Assembly: GCA_964016885.1 (NCBI GenBank)
Contig: OZ024745.1
Span: forward strand, 124,620,001 to 124,684,000
DNA length: 64,000 bases
Direction of reading: 5' to 3'
DNA from: Eledone cirrhosa
Taxonomy: Eukaryota
Position numbers and translations under genes: made by a program. Positions 1-13,373 of this stretch are shown piece after piece. Every line of letters starts with the position of its first letter. Position 1 is the first letter of the stretch. The notes under the pieces are model-generated. The model saw nothing but the letters and a program-made list of their open reading frames with translations. It was not told the origin of the DNA and did no database searches.

Positions 1-777
1 AAATCTGCCTTAGCTAGGTATTTTATAAAGGGTAGTTAAGTTTAGCGATCCAACTTTATTTCGCTTGACATCTTATGTTTAGTTCGCGAATGAGTCAGTA
101 TTGATATTGTTGGCTCTCTTTGTTTTTGGTGCTGTTGTTATTGTTTAAACGCATGGTAACTTTGTTCGAATAGTCATATGATGCTAGATATCCTACTCGT
201 GACCGTCCTATTTTAAACAAAATTATGCAACATTTCTAGTTTTATTCAGTATGAATAGGTTTACAATGAATTAGAAAATAACGTACAGATAGAGTGGGGC
301 AATGTCGAGTTATTCTTTTGTTAGTGTAGGTCAGTATTTGTTGTGTGGTCTTTCCTTTGAAATCATGGTTATCTATAAATTGAAAACGGCTAGATATAAA
401 TCTGCAATGATCAAGAATGAATTAAATAGCAGATTGTGATAACAACACTTCTCTTAAGGACATTATTCGTAACAAAGAAGTATAATGGTGATTTGAGATT
501 GAAAGCAATGAGTTGGATACATGTTTCTTATGAAATCACATACGGTTGCATACAGTTTATTACTACAGGAAACAGAGCTGGTTCTGACAGTAGATCCCTG
601 AATTAATATCTTTACAGTATTAAGTAAAACCAAATTATTGTTTGTGGCTTCAAATTCACCAGTGTCGATAACAAAATAATCAATAATATATGGCTATAAT
701 ATGTTGCAATAAATAAAGTACAGCTTCAATAATACTGGTCTATATATTTGGAAGTATGCGTCCATTCTGTCAAGATA

Positions 778-858
778 ATAATTGTTTCTACTTGTGGCAC
801 AAGGCCAGCAATTATCTCAGTGCATTACTGGTACTTTATTTTATCGACCCCGTAAGGA
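778..858 (-). mobile_element. SINE family 1, 3' fragment
   Basis: Reverse complement of the family 3' half (TCCTTACGGGGTCGATAAAATAAAGTACCAGTAATGCACT...AGTAGAAACAATTA), which recurs many times in the window. Confidence 0.85.
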
Positions 859-939
859 ATAATGATTATTTTAAAGTATTGATAACAAACTACGTGCATT
901 ATAGTAAACGCTTAAATGTAAATAACAATTGTAAAATAA

Positions 940-1215
940 TATAGTTACAAAGGACATAAGAGATAATTCTAGCATATACTTTAAAAGGCATACCTTTGTT
1001 CTTAAACTGCTGCACGTTGACGATAACAGACAAGAAATATGGAGGTGAGGAATTCCAAATTAATTAGGTTTGGGGGAGGAGGGAATGGTGTTAGTAGTTA
1101 AGAGTGCTTAGAGATTAGTCAGAACATAAGTGATGACAAGATGAGAGGCAACTGGTTTGACAGTGCTTGAGTGTATGTGGTACGAGGGAAGTCTCTTCTA
1201 ATGAGCAGAGACCTT
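940..1215 (-). mobile_element. Degraded 3' end of a CR1/L2-like LINE ORF2
   Basis: Minus strand reads IWNSSPPYFLSVIVNVQQFK, resembling the WNxLP...FK terminus of CR1/L2-group ORF2. Confidence 0.4.
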
Positions 1216-1269
1216 TCTAGTAGCAGTAGAAATGGCAGAACGTGTTTGGGTGTGTGTGGTGTATGTGAG

Positions 1270-1431
<162 letters not shown>

Positions 1432-1571
1432 TATACAGAAAACAAACAAAAGCTGAGGAGGAGGGGAGTTTAGCAGCTTCGGTTCAGTAATGCCGTTATC
1501 TGTGATGACTCGTTCATCCATTTCCTAGCATGGAAAACGGACGTTAAATCATGACGATAATTATGCACACC

Positions 1572-1649
<78 letters not shown>

Positions 1650-1954
1650 ATCCATAAGATAACCTCTTTGATCTTTGCAAAACCTTTTACAATGCATGTA
1701 GAAATTATAATATATTTGAATGAAATCGGGGATATAACCCCTTGAGTTGGAAAATACTGAACAAAGTTTCCAGCGGGAATTGATTCACACATATGGCATA
1801 TGCCGGAGGTCGTGGTACCAGTTTGTACACTTTATTCTGTTTACTATCTGTTTCTCAATATGCGTTAGATTAGCGTTTGCAAAAAAGCAAAACTTTCTCT
1901 TAAATTTCAATCTTACAACACGCTTCTTAAAGCCTTCTGTTATATACTCGCACA

Positions 1955-2099
1955 GAGGCGGTGTATTGGCAGTATCGGTAAATATTTATGATCTGAGTTC
2001 AAATCCCAGCGAGGTTAACTTTGCCTTTCATCCTTACAGGGTCGATAAAATAAAGTACCACTGGGATAATTACTGGCCTTGTGCCAAAAGTAGAAACAA
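1955..2099 (+). mobile_element. SINE family 1, internally deleted, 15-bp TSD
   Basis: GGCGGTGTATTGGCAGTATCGGTA head, B-box-like GAGTTCAAATCC and core GCCTTTCATCCTTAC.GGGTCGATAAA. TTATATACTCGCACA is repeated at 1940-1954 and 2100-2114. Confidence 0.9.
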
Positions 2100-2217
2100 T
2101 TATATACTCGCACACACACACAGACATGTATATATTTGTATATATGTATATATATATATAAATATGCATAAGGAAAGTATATACTTTCAGACGTTCAATC
2201 ATCTGGCAGGAAGGTAT

Positions 2218-2260
2218 ACGGTGCTGACGATAGATAATAAGCTTGAAACTAGTACATCGT
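2218..2260 (+). ncRNA. Minimal type I hammerhead ribozyme in a PLE-type terminus (family also at 33990-34375)
   Basis: ACGGTG-CTGACGA-(weak stem II)-GAAA-CTAG-TA-CATCGT; stem I has 6 bp and stem III is palindromic. Confidence 0.7.
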
Positions 2261-2536
2261 TCCTTTGCCAGTGTTGAACAAAAGGGCAACGATGGTTGCT
2301 AAACAATGTACGGCTTAATTCGGGATGTTTGTTTACAAACAAACCGAGCATTATAATAAATGTTTGGTAAATCCATACGTACACATATATATATGTGTGC
2401 ATGTATGTATATATATACGAACTACTGTACGTCTGTATACATATATTTATGTACGTATACATACTTATATTTAAATAACAGCCGTACTAAGAGTGAGAAA
2501 TGAAATTTCATTTCATTTTTTCCATTTATATATATA

Positions 2537-2989
<453 letters not shown>

Positions 2990-3595
2990 TAAATATATTT
3001 ATATATATATATATATATTCAAAGAGAAAGAGAGGGCGAGGGGGGGGGGGTCTGTGTATGTGTTTGTGTGCGTGGAGGCAGAATGTCTGTTGACAAGACA
3101 ATGAGAGTGGCTTCATGCCAATCGGTCGATTAACTTTTAAATGATTGATACTAATCTAATTCCACTTTAGAGATATTACACTAGAAAAGTGTCTTCTATC
3201 GGCTCTCTGCTTTGTTGACTAACAACAGTGTTAGTTTGTATGGCTACATCCTCAGTCACAGAAGAAAGTCTATGTCAAACTCTGTATGTTAGAAAATGTT
3301 TCATACTTCCTTATCATCTATCTAGAGGTTAAAATAACTCTCCTTGGATTTACAAAAATAACTACCGTACCATTTTAAAGTTTGCAAACAGCTATCTCGT
3401 AAACGAGGTTTTCAGTAAAAAAATATAAATAATTGTTTCTACTTTTGGCACACGACCAGAAATTACTCCAGTGTAATACTTATGCTTTGCTTTATTTTCA
3501 AATATACATGTAATAGTTTAGAAATTTAGCAAGAACATCACTACCATGACTGAATCTTAACCATCTACTATGTCAGGGTATGTCATGCATCATCT

Positions 3596-3662
3596 TATTT
3601 TATCTGATGAGGACGTACTGTTGAAGATAGCTCAGTACCTCTGAAATATGTATAATAAAATA
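3596..3662 (+). ncRNA. Type I hammerhead ribozyme
   Basis: TATTTTAT-CTGATGA-..GTACTG..CAGTAC..-GAAA-TATGTA-TA-ATAAAATA; perfect 8-bp stem I. Confidence 0.8.
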
Positions 3663-3703
3663 TACTTGATCACACGAATGTCTATTTTTGTTAATATTTT
3701 TAA

Positions 3704-3741
<38 letters not shown>

Positions 3742-3744
<3 letters not shown>

Positions 3745-4275
3745 CGAAGGAAATGTGGTAAGGAACCAGGTGGACCATAACGCACCAAAGTACTCAATAC
3801 TTAGGGTAGTAGAGTGGGTAATAGGAACCAGTAAGACCCCGACGGCTGAGCTCAAGCCGTTTCGACGGCTAATTCTGGACTAAATGAAAATTTATCCTGG
3901 TATTTAAATAGCCGAGCTTCTCAAGGGGTAATTCCATATATGGTCAAAGTGATTGTCACAAGGATTGGTCACAAGTTAGTAGTAATTATGTGATGGCAAA
4001 TTAGTGGGGGAAGGGGTAGCTAAACCTGCCAGTAGGAGTAAAAGGGGAGGGGTGGAGTAGACCCATTCATGCGTTGGTAGTGCCGGCTACAGCTGGGCGT
4101 GAGGTCAAAGAAGATACTAGGGAGGGGGAGGGGGAGGAAGTCGAAATGGTAAGTAAAACAATGAAGGGTAAAAATATATTAAAAAAAAAAAAATACTGAG
4201 AGTGATAAAAAGCGAATAAATGTAAAGAAAAAGATAAGCAATTTCTACGACCTAAGTCTCTCGCTATTGCTAGGC

Positions 4276-4310
<35 letters not shown>

Positions 4311-5036
4311 AAAATAATAATAAATAAATAAACTAGGTGGGACGGAATAAGAAGGGACCCTTTTAAGAGGTATAAGTACGTATATCATACGGTGACGGGT
4401 CAACAAAGGGGGCGGGGACAAAATACTAAAGAAACTACCACGAAATAATTAATAAAGGTTTCTACCCCAGACACAAGGCCAGCAACCACCCAGTGCAGAA
4501 AAGTAAACTAGTACGAAATAATAATTCAGAGTCCCGAAAAAAATATACTAATGCTAACTCTAAGGGTACCGTCACACTACAAAAGTTCTTATACAAGCTA
4601 CATGAAAGTTCGTACGAAGTAAAAGTAAAATACGGAAAATTAATTCAGAATCCCCCCCCCCCCCCCGCCCAAAAGAAAAAATATATTTTTACCCTTCATT
4701 GTTCTACTTACCGTTTCGACTTCCTCCCCTCCCCCTCCCTAGTACCTTCTTTGACCGCACCCCCAGCTGTAGCCGGCACTATCAACGCATGAATGGGTAT
4801 ACTCCACCCCTCCCCTTTTTCTCCTACTGGCGGGTTTAGCTACCCCTTTCCCCACTAATTTGCTATCACAGAATTACTACTAACTTGTGACCAATCCTTG
4901 TGACAATCACTTTGACCATATATGGAATTACCCTTGAGAAGCTCGGTTATTTAAATACCAGGATAAATGTTCATTTAGTCCAGAATTACCCGTCGAAACG
5001 GCTTGAGCTCATCCGTCGGGGTCTTACTGGTTCCTA
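3742..5036. mobile_element. PLE-type element family D, inverted pair (about 3820-4180 vs 4680-5035) around a 500-bp spacer, between (TA)n tracts
   Basis: Arms are reverse complements and each has a variant HHR; same family at 28158, 55191 and 56731. Confidence 0.8.
3836..3929 (-). ncRNA. Type I hammerhead ribozyme, U3-A8 core variant
   Basis: ACCCC-TTGAGAA-..CGGCTA...TAGCCG..-GAAA-CGGCT(TGAGCTC)AGCCG-TC-GGGGT; all three stems pair; slightly mutated copy at 4930-5022 (+). Confidence 0.75.
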
Positions 5037-5057
5037 TATATATATATATATATATAT

Positions 5058-5275
5058 ATTGTTATACTTTGGGAGGGTCATGTTGCCAATAAGAAACACA
5101 CGCACCAGTTACTTTCACTCCAACTTATTATAAATTAAATTATAAATTTAAAAATTCATAAATTTCCGGTTGGTTAGTTCCACAACCGGATGGTTGTTCA
5201 TATATTGTCAAAGTTCTTTCGTCAACACACGTTTTCAGATAAAGAATCTTGCTAAACAAATTCAGAAACGAAATA
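5058..5275. mobile_element. Twin-primed (5'-inverted) fragment of the PLE at 26222-27350
   Basis: 5058-5223 is the reverse complement of about 27117-27285, and 5224-5275 matches 27296-27350; (TA)n on both sides. Confidence 0.8.
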
Positions 5276-5497
5276 TATATATATATATATATATATATTA
5301 TTATTATTTTTATTTTTATTATTTTTATTTTTATTAATTATTTTTATTTATTATTTTTATTTTTATTTTTATTATTATTTTTATTTTTATTTATTATTTA
5401 TTATATTTTTGTCTTTATTTGTTAATTTTTCATTCGCACCGTTTCCTTTCGCTATATGTCTCTCCACCACTCCCCTACACACCTTTTGAATTCTCAC

Positions 5498-5528
5498 CTG
5501 AAGAAGGGCTTATGCCCGAAACGTCGTC
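5498..5528 (+). ncRNA. Hammerhead-like core in a PLE-type 3' end (about 5400-5620)
   Basis: CTGAAGA-AGGGC-TTAT-GCCC-GAAA-CGTCG-TC; stem I not evident. Confidence 0.5.
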
Positions 5529-8129
5529 CTCCACCTACCCTCCACTCTCCTGAGCGTGAATTTAATAAACATTTATCGTACTGCCTCTCTGTTCTGTCCC
5601 TGTTCAATTTTTCATTATATATATATATATATATATATTTATTTATTTATACACATACCTGTAATATACTGATAAATACACATAATGCAAATGCTGGCAA
5701 CTCAGGCTCACATCAATCTTAGTCAACTTTTAGGATTTAATTGTTGCTTATAGATAATTTACTTCACTGCCGAAATTCGACTTGAAACATAGATCATAAA
5801 ATATAATTGTCCTTTCCATATCCTATAAATCTGATTGTATGTGGCTGTGTGAGAACTAAACGGTGTCATGACAATTAATATATAACTCAAATCAAGCATC
5901 CAGCTGTTGCAGACCACGACATGGTTTGTACACAATCATTGTACTAATACAACTAATTAAGGGACTAATAAGTGTAAAATGCTTTCGCAAGTATTTCCTA
6001 ACGTCAAATATATTGAATATAAATACCAATGATACCAACAAGATAAAGATTGAAAATTTAAGCGCCTCTCTCCAGCCCCAAGTTCGCTGCAGCAGGATCT
6101 GATATATTTTAACTTACCGGAATCTGTTAGTGACCGTTCAGCTGATGGATGAATTATGAATTTACTACCAAAAATACCGTTTCTTCTATAGTTCCACTAT
6201 AGTATCAATTTTCGGGTGGTTCGTTAATATCTGGATTATTCAATCGTCATCCTAATATTTTGCCGTTGTTTTAGAGTAGTTCTGTAAGTTTTATAAAGTT
6301 ATCTATCTAATCACTATATTTTGGGGTATTTGAAGTATTTATTTATTTCTGTTCAAGCTATATTTCCTATATCTCAACACATGAAACTTTAATTCGTCTT
6401 TTTTACTCAGTATTGAGTGCTTTCTCTCGAATTGTTTTCTTTTATATTGTGGTTGCCTGAAGATTGTTCGCGACATTATGACTGAAGAAAATAACTGTGT
6501 ACTCTTTTAATGCCGACATCACTTTCTCTTCCTAAATTCTATATTCTATCCTAGTCTCCTTTTGTAATTTGAACACTATATTTTGGAGGAGATTGTTTAA
6601 GTTTATCTTGTGGAAGAACACCTATACTTGTGGTCTGAGTTGTAAGTAATTCCTCGATAATCTATCTAATTAGTGTTGTATCTTTCATATAATTATCAGC
6701 ATCTGCAGTTTTACTAATTTATTAGAGACCTTGATTGGTGCTGATTAAAGTCTTTATGTCATGTAAACTACTGATAGATTTCTTTATATATGTAAACTAC
6801 TGATATGTAGCGAAACAGAAGTATTGTAAACAAGCTGAATAGAATGCATTGAAATATTCGATCGAGATCCCGCCAATTTCAATTTCTACTGAGGTATATT
6901 TGCCTTCCATCAGTTCGTGGTTCATAAATCAAGTTACACCCCATTGATGTGGTTAATCACACACCATCTCTCTATAGTATATATATATATATATAAATGA
7001 TATTTTCTCAGTAATAAATCGGATGTGTTTAGGTTTGGAAAAGTAAGAATTCCGCCAGGTTTAAAATGTCTAGGACTCACCAGATACCGAATCCATGGAT
7101 TGAAAGATTGACTACTCTTATAGCTTCATATTTATATCTGAAAAGATGTTGGTGGTTGAAATTTTACAATTCGAATCTTATACGTTTGTGATTTATGTTA
7201 TACCACAGAGGTTCTATGTCCCACATTCATCTCCTACAGTGTATTCTTGACTTCAATACATTTCACATAGTTTGGTTTTAGAAAATATCGCATGGATGTA
7301 TCCTTTCTTGACAGGTGATGTAATTCGGTTATAAATCTATATGGCATATATAGCTATAATTTCGTGACATAGCATAAAGTTAAATCCTGATTGAATAGAC
7401 ATAGGATCAAATGCGGTACAGCATTGATGGCCACGTATTTGTCTTCGAAGATTGTGTATCAAGGAATACATTATTCAATGTGCTCATCGCTTTGTGTGAC
7501 GGTCAGGTGTAATTCTTTTGGAAAACTCGTCTCTTATTTTTAGCAGATAAAAGAACCACATACAGGCCTACTAGTTGTTTTGTAAAAAACAAACACAAAA
7601 AAAACATAATGCTCCTATGAACTGATAACTGGTCTATGCTTTTATAATTTTTTTTTCTGTCGTGATGCACAGTTGTGTCAGACATTCTGAAATATTATCA
7701 TGGACATTATCAATTTAGAGCTATTTTGTGTATATTGCAGCTTGCTAAAATTGGATTCAAACTAGACTTATCTACAACTTTGCAACTACCGGGTACATTT
7801 TTGTGGATAGCTTTGTATGTTATTGTGTGCTTCTTACTCTTTAATATTTCTCAGCTATTCTCTTTGTGTATGTTAACACATCAATAATCACAATATCACA
7901 ATTTGCAGTTGATTCAAGATTTCATAACAAAAGAAAATAAAAACTAATTGGTGTGTTTACCGGCAGGGATTCCAAACATAATTTGTGTTTACTACATTTA
8001 AGCTTTTCTTTATTTCTTCTTTACTATCAGTGCATTTCACTTGAAATTCCATACCATCACAATTTCAGTCGTCGTCATTGTCTTCTTCTTCTTCTTCTTC
8101 TTCTTGTCATTATTACTTTGGGGGGGGGG

Positions 8130-8510
8130 GGGGGGGGGGCAGTATCGGTAGAGAGTCAACACCATGCTTTGCAACATAGAGTTACGTCCCGAGGTTCACT
8201 TTGCCTTTCATTGTCACGGGGTCGATAAAATAAAGTACCAGTAATGTACTGGTATAATTGCTGGACTTCTGCAAAAAGTAGAAACAATTATTAGTATTAT
8301 TATTATTCATCAAGTCGTTGGGCGGTGAATTGGCAGTATCGGTAGAGGGTTGGACGCCATGCTTTCTAGCATAGTTACGTCCCTTTACAGTCTGAGTTCA
8401 AATCCCGCCGAGGTTAACTTTGCCTTTCATCCTTACAGTGTCGATAAAATAAAGTACCAGTAATGCACTGGTTAATTGCTGGCCTTGTGGCAAAAAGTAG
8501 AAACAATTAT
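8130..8510 (+). mobile_element. Two tandem SINE family 1 copies (about 8130-8290 and 8320-8510)
   Basis: Family head, core and (ATT)n tails. Confidence 0.9.
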
Positions 8511-8522
8511 CATTATTATTAT

Positions 8523-9110
8523 TTCTATTTCGCTTTTCCATCATGGATTTCACCTGAGAGATGTAAACAAACAGATCATCAAGTCACGTGACTTTTAGCA
8601 GGATATGGGCTGTGCCAAGAAGAGCTGAATTTTGCAGTCAAGAAATATTAAGTTGTATTCTAAGTTCTTCTAACTCCTTCTCTGAGTTCTTTGGTATCGA
8701 TCCCAGTGTACCAATAACAACAGAAATCCCCTTTGTTGATACATTCCACAACTTAGCTCTTTCTGCTTTCAACTCGGAATAGTTTCTTATCTTTTCGTAT
8801 TCTTTCTTTTCAATTCTCTGATTCCCAGGGTTTGTGACGTAAATAACCCAGCACTTTATCTCCTCTTTATCATTCACGACAATGTCAGGTCTCCCGTATG
8901 CAATAACTCTTATTTCACAGTCAGACCCCACATTATCTTTGGTTTGTTATTCATAATTAAAGACTCCAGTTCCTGGCGATACTATTTCTCATCCACGTTG
9001 CTTCCATATTTCTGACAAAGTAACCAATGCAAGTGCAAGCACACCTTGCGTGGCATCTCAGGTAGTCTTTTTGCGCAAGCAAATTACAGCCACTTGCATA
9101 TTCAATGTCT
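8523..9110 (-). mobile_element. 5'-truncated R4/Dong-type non-LTR retrotransposon (zinc knuckle and RLE domain)
   Basis: SGCNLLAQKDYLRCH and RPDIVVNDKEEIKCWVIYVT.P...EK...Y..L...LW...VVIGTLG match the restriction-like endonuclease signature; 3' end abuts an (ATT)n tract. Confidence 0.85.
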
Positions 9111-10030
9111 AAACTATAATAATATTTCCTGAAGTGGACAAAATTATCGAACACGCCCCCATATCGGAGTGGTATGAGAAGCTGTCCATTATGCGACCTT
9201 GAGCTGTTCCACATCTTGAGTTCGAAGAATAAGTTGCTCAACAATAAAATCGAAAGATCAATGTATTGTAACCATAGACTCAAAGAGAAGTTTTCGCAAT
9301 ACAAGTGCAAATCGAACCCTTAACCTCTTACTACCAACTGACAACCTGCATATACTTAGACTTTATACCCTCTTGTTGTATCTAAACCCTTTTAATTACC
9401 CACAAAAACCAATACCTATATCCCCCTCTTCTCCCTCATTCCTCTTCTATTTATTCGTTTTCTTCCTTCCTTCCCTCCGTTTCTTGGCTATCTTTTCTTT
9501 TCTTCTTTCTCCCCCCCCCTTCTTTTCTTTTATTTTTGTCATTATTATCTTTATCTTTATTTTTTATATATATATTTATCTCTTTATATCCCCCTCTCTC
9601 TTTCTCTCTCTCTATCCATACCTCCCACTATAATCAATTTAATTCTCTTTAACTCACTACATTCCACGAAAATGAAGTCTGCTATCAAAACTGATCAAAG
9701 AATCCTTCCCCCTCTACCCCTCCCTCCATCTCAATTTGTCACTCTACTTCCTAAATCTTTCCCCTTCCTCTCTCTCTATACTATTCCGTTTGTCCCCTCA
9801 CCTTCTGATTCCTCTCTCTCTATACTAGTAAATACAATTCCAAATAAATGTTTTTCTCTATATATTAAGAATTATTTCAAGAGTAACTTACTCACTATTT
9901 TGAAAATTTGGACTGTGAACAACAATTATAATTGAGTGGCTGCTATTTTCAGTATAGCAATATAAGGTTGCACTTACCAATGAAACGGTCGTAAATACCT
10001 GGATAAAATCCTTCTCTTAATGCTTACCTG
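9110..10030 (+). mobile_element. PLE 3' portion: GIY-YIG C-terminus, pyrimidine-rich 3' UTR and degenerate HHR
   Basis: Translates as ..YFLKW..PYRSGMRSCPLCDLELFHIL..LLNNKIER..CNHR, like the C-terminus of the PLE at 17-18 kb; GAAACGGTCGTA near 9982; ends in (TA)n. Confidence 0.65.
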
Positions 10031-10320
10031 TGTTTTCTCTTTTATACTATATATATATATATATATATATACAAATTAAAATAAAGAATTAGAAATAGGA
10101 CTATCCATCACCAGTGGTCTATTAGCCATCATAGGCATTAAAGATCAGATACCTCAGGCTGGAGCGAACAATAACTAAAATAAGTTATTGGGATAAAAAG
10201 AATTGGGTGGACAAAGAGAGACAGGTAAACAAACATGAATGGTGAGGCAATGTAAAGATATATAAAATAACTAAGTCAATTATGTAAAATTAGGCTTCGT
10301 TTATTACAAATTATAGATAT

Positions 10321-10375
10321 ACTGCTATATATATTTCGGTGACAGCCATCATTGGCTGTGGCCTCTTCAGGCAGT
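10321..10375 (-). ncRNA. Type I hammerhead ribozyme
   Basis: ACTGC-CTGAAGA-GG..ACAGCCA(ATGA)TGGCTGT..CC-GAAA-TATATA-TA-GCAGT. Confidence 0.85.
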
Positions 10376-11489
10376 TCGAATTGGTGTGGGAAGGGCAGGT
10401 ACACATGTTGTTGAAGTGTGTTTTACTCCGTCAATTTATCGATATGTCCAGCTCCTGGTAGCGTTGTTATTTCTCTTAGGAACTGGAATCATATGAGTTA
10501 GAGCAAACGAATTTCGGCGTCATAGGACCCGCTCGCATCCCATTGGTAAGTTGTGAGAACATTCCTCAGTCAAAAGTCTATAGAAATTGTTCTGCGGCAA
10601 GACAATCTGTTGTAGTAGTTTTTGTTTAGGTACAGCTGACCTCCTCTATTGTGTTGGTAGTGGTAGTGGTATTAAGGGGTCAGCTGGCAGGTCAGTTTTA
10701 GTGTGCTGCTGCTATGTTCAGAAGAATTTGTGTGCAGGTTGGCATCTATCCTGCCACCATTTCACGTGGTGGTGGAGGGGGGGGGGGGGGGTGCCAAACA
10801 AATGTAAAATAGAAAATACGTGTGTGACAACCAATATCAAAATTTGAAAGATTTGAAAAATATTAACTGAAGTAGAAATCATGTGTGTCAGAATCGAGAT
10901 GTGTAAAGAATTACAATTCTTCTACTATCATCGAATGGTGCGTTTTAAGAGCAAATGAGATAAAAGTGGAGTGTAAAACACCAAAAACCGGAAATGCAAA
11001 GGACTACAGTTCCTATTTCGGCATAAAGTACATATGCGTGTATGTCAACACACATCGTTGCAAGCACACACGCACAAACACAGGCTCATGTCCATTCCAT
11101 ATGTGCTTGCAACGATGTGCGTTGACATACACCCATATGTACTTTATGGGATCTGGCATCTGGCATCTGCAAACTATGTCTGAGCGAGACCTTCGAGATA
11201 CTCAGCGGTGGAAGCAGCCTAATAAACCCCAGGACTGACTTCTTCGGTACATGTAGACACCTCAGGGCCGGGACCTTCCTCAAGCTATATGGACAATAAC
11301 AACACATTGGGATGGGAACATCCCTCAAGCTATAGGGACAGTAGCCCCGCCACACCGAGCCCAGGTAAACCACCCCCTACACACTCCTGCCTCAATCGAA
11401 TCCTATGGCAACACATACTTAGGCATATGTCCATACATAGATACTGTTGTTTAAAATGATACATACATAGATACTTGCATGTATGTGTG

Positions 11490-11522
<33 letters not shown>

Positions 11523-11549
11523 ATGTGTGTGTGTGTATGTATATATATA

Positions 11550-11609
<60 letters not shown>

Positions 11610-12672
11610 ATAATAATAAATTTGAAGACTAAAATCCGAAGAGGGCTCGATAGGGATAAATATATATCAAATATATAAGAACCGTAGAGCAAATATTTAT
11701 TAAAATAACAGATTAAAGTTTAAGCAAATAATCGCTGCTTTCACCCTTAACGGGATCTTCTGAAACTAACAAAGTCAATCTGGGAACGCAGAAGTGAATA
11801 TTTCAAAAAACGTTGCAACCGGAGGAAGTCAGGAAGACGATACTTTGGTTTGTGGAAACGTTCCCTGGCAAAGAACGGGAAAAAACGAATATAATACGTC
11901 ATTATTTGGAGCGGTGAAAAACAATTACACGCAAAGACAAAACCACCTTTATGGTACAAAAGAAGTCGTAGACTAATATTCTCTTAGGTGATTCATAGAG
12001 ACGTTCTCTGGCAATGAACAGAAAAAACGAAGATAATACGTCATATGTGGAGCGTGGAGAACAATTGCACGCAAAGACAAAACCACGTAAATGGTATAAC
12101 TGAAGTCGTAGACTAAAATTCTAACTAGGAAACCGAATGATTCTCGGCTTCAGAGTTAAGAAGTAAATAAAATACAGAGGTAATTGAAATAAAAATAAAT
12201 ACATACACAAGCATACGCGAAAAACTCGCCATAGGTATACAAATACACGCACATATAAATATGTGTGTGTGTGTGCGCGTGTATACAAGTAATTAAATAA
12301 ACGTATATAAATAAATAAACGTATATAACAAGCGCACACACATACCTACATGTAAATAAATACGTATATAACAAGGCACACACATATCTACAATGAACCA
12401 CCTAAGAGAATATTTGTCTACGACTTCTTTTATACCATAAACGTGGTTCTGTCTTTGCGTGTAATTGTTTTTCACCGCTCCAAATAATGACGCATTATCC
12501 CGTTCTTTGCCAGGGAACGTTTCCAAGAACCAAAGTATCGTCTTCCTGTCTTCCTCCGGTTGCAGTGTTTTTTTAAATATTCACTTCTGCGTTCACAGAT
12601 TGACTTTGTTAGTTTCAGAAGATCCCGTTAATGGTGAAAGCACCGATTCTTTGCTTAAACTTTAATCTGTTA

Positions 12673-12733
<61 letters not shown>

Positions 12734-13318
12734 ACTTATGGGATGCACCTGAGCCTGTGTGTGTGTGTGTGTGCTTGCAACGATGTGCGTTGACACACCC
12801 GCATATGTACTTTATGTCGAAATAGAAACTGTAGCCATTTGCATTTCCGGATTTTGATATAGGTTGTAACACACACGAATTTTATTTATTTATTTATTTT
12901 CTTTTTATTTGTTTGGCACCCCCTACCACGTGAAACGGTGGCAGGATAGATGCCGACCTACGCACAAATTCTTCTGAACATAGCAGCAGCAAACTAAAAC
13001 TGACCTGCCAGCTGACCCCTTAACACCACTACCACTACCAACACAATGGAGGAGGTCAGCTGTACCTAAACAAAAACTACTACAACAGATTGTCTTGCCT
13101 CAGAACAATTTCTATAGTCTTTTGACTGAGGAATGTTCTCACAACTGACCAATGGGGTGCGAGCGTGTCCTATGACGCCGAAATTCGTTTGCTCTAACTC
13201 ATATGATTCCAGTTCCTAAGAGAAATAACAACGCTACCAGGAGCTGGACATATCGATAGATTGACGGATAAAACACACTTCAACAACATGTGTACCTGCC
13301 CTTTCCACACCAATTCGA

Positions 13319-13373
13319 ACTGCCTGAAGAGGTCACAGCCAATGATGGCTGTCACCGAAAGATATATAGCAGT
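13319..13373 (+). ncRNA. Type I hammerhead ribozyme (inverted copy of 10321-10375)
   Basis: ACTGC-CTGAAGA-GGTCACAGCCA..TGGCTGTCACC-GAAA-GATATA-TA-GCAGT. Confidence 0.8.

Noticed and set aside
5900-7500. Coding-like minus-strand sequence, possibly an old LINE
   Set aside because: No diagnostic motif could be read
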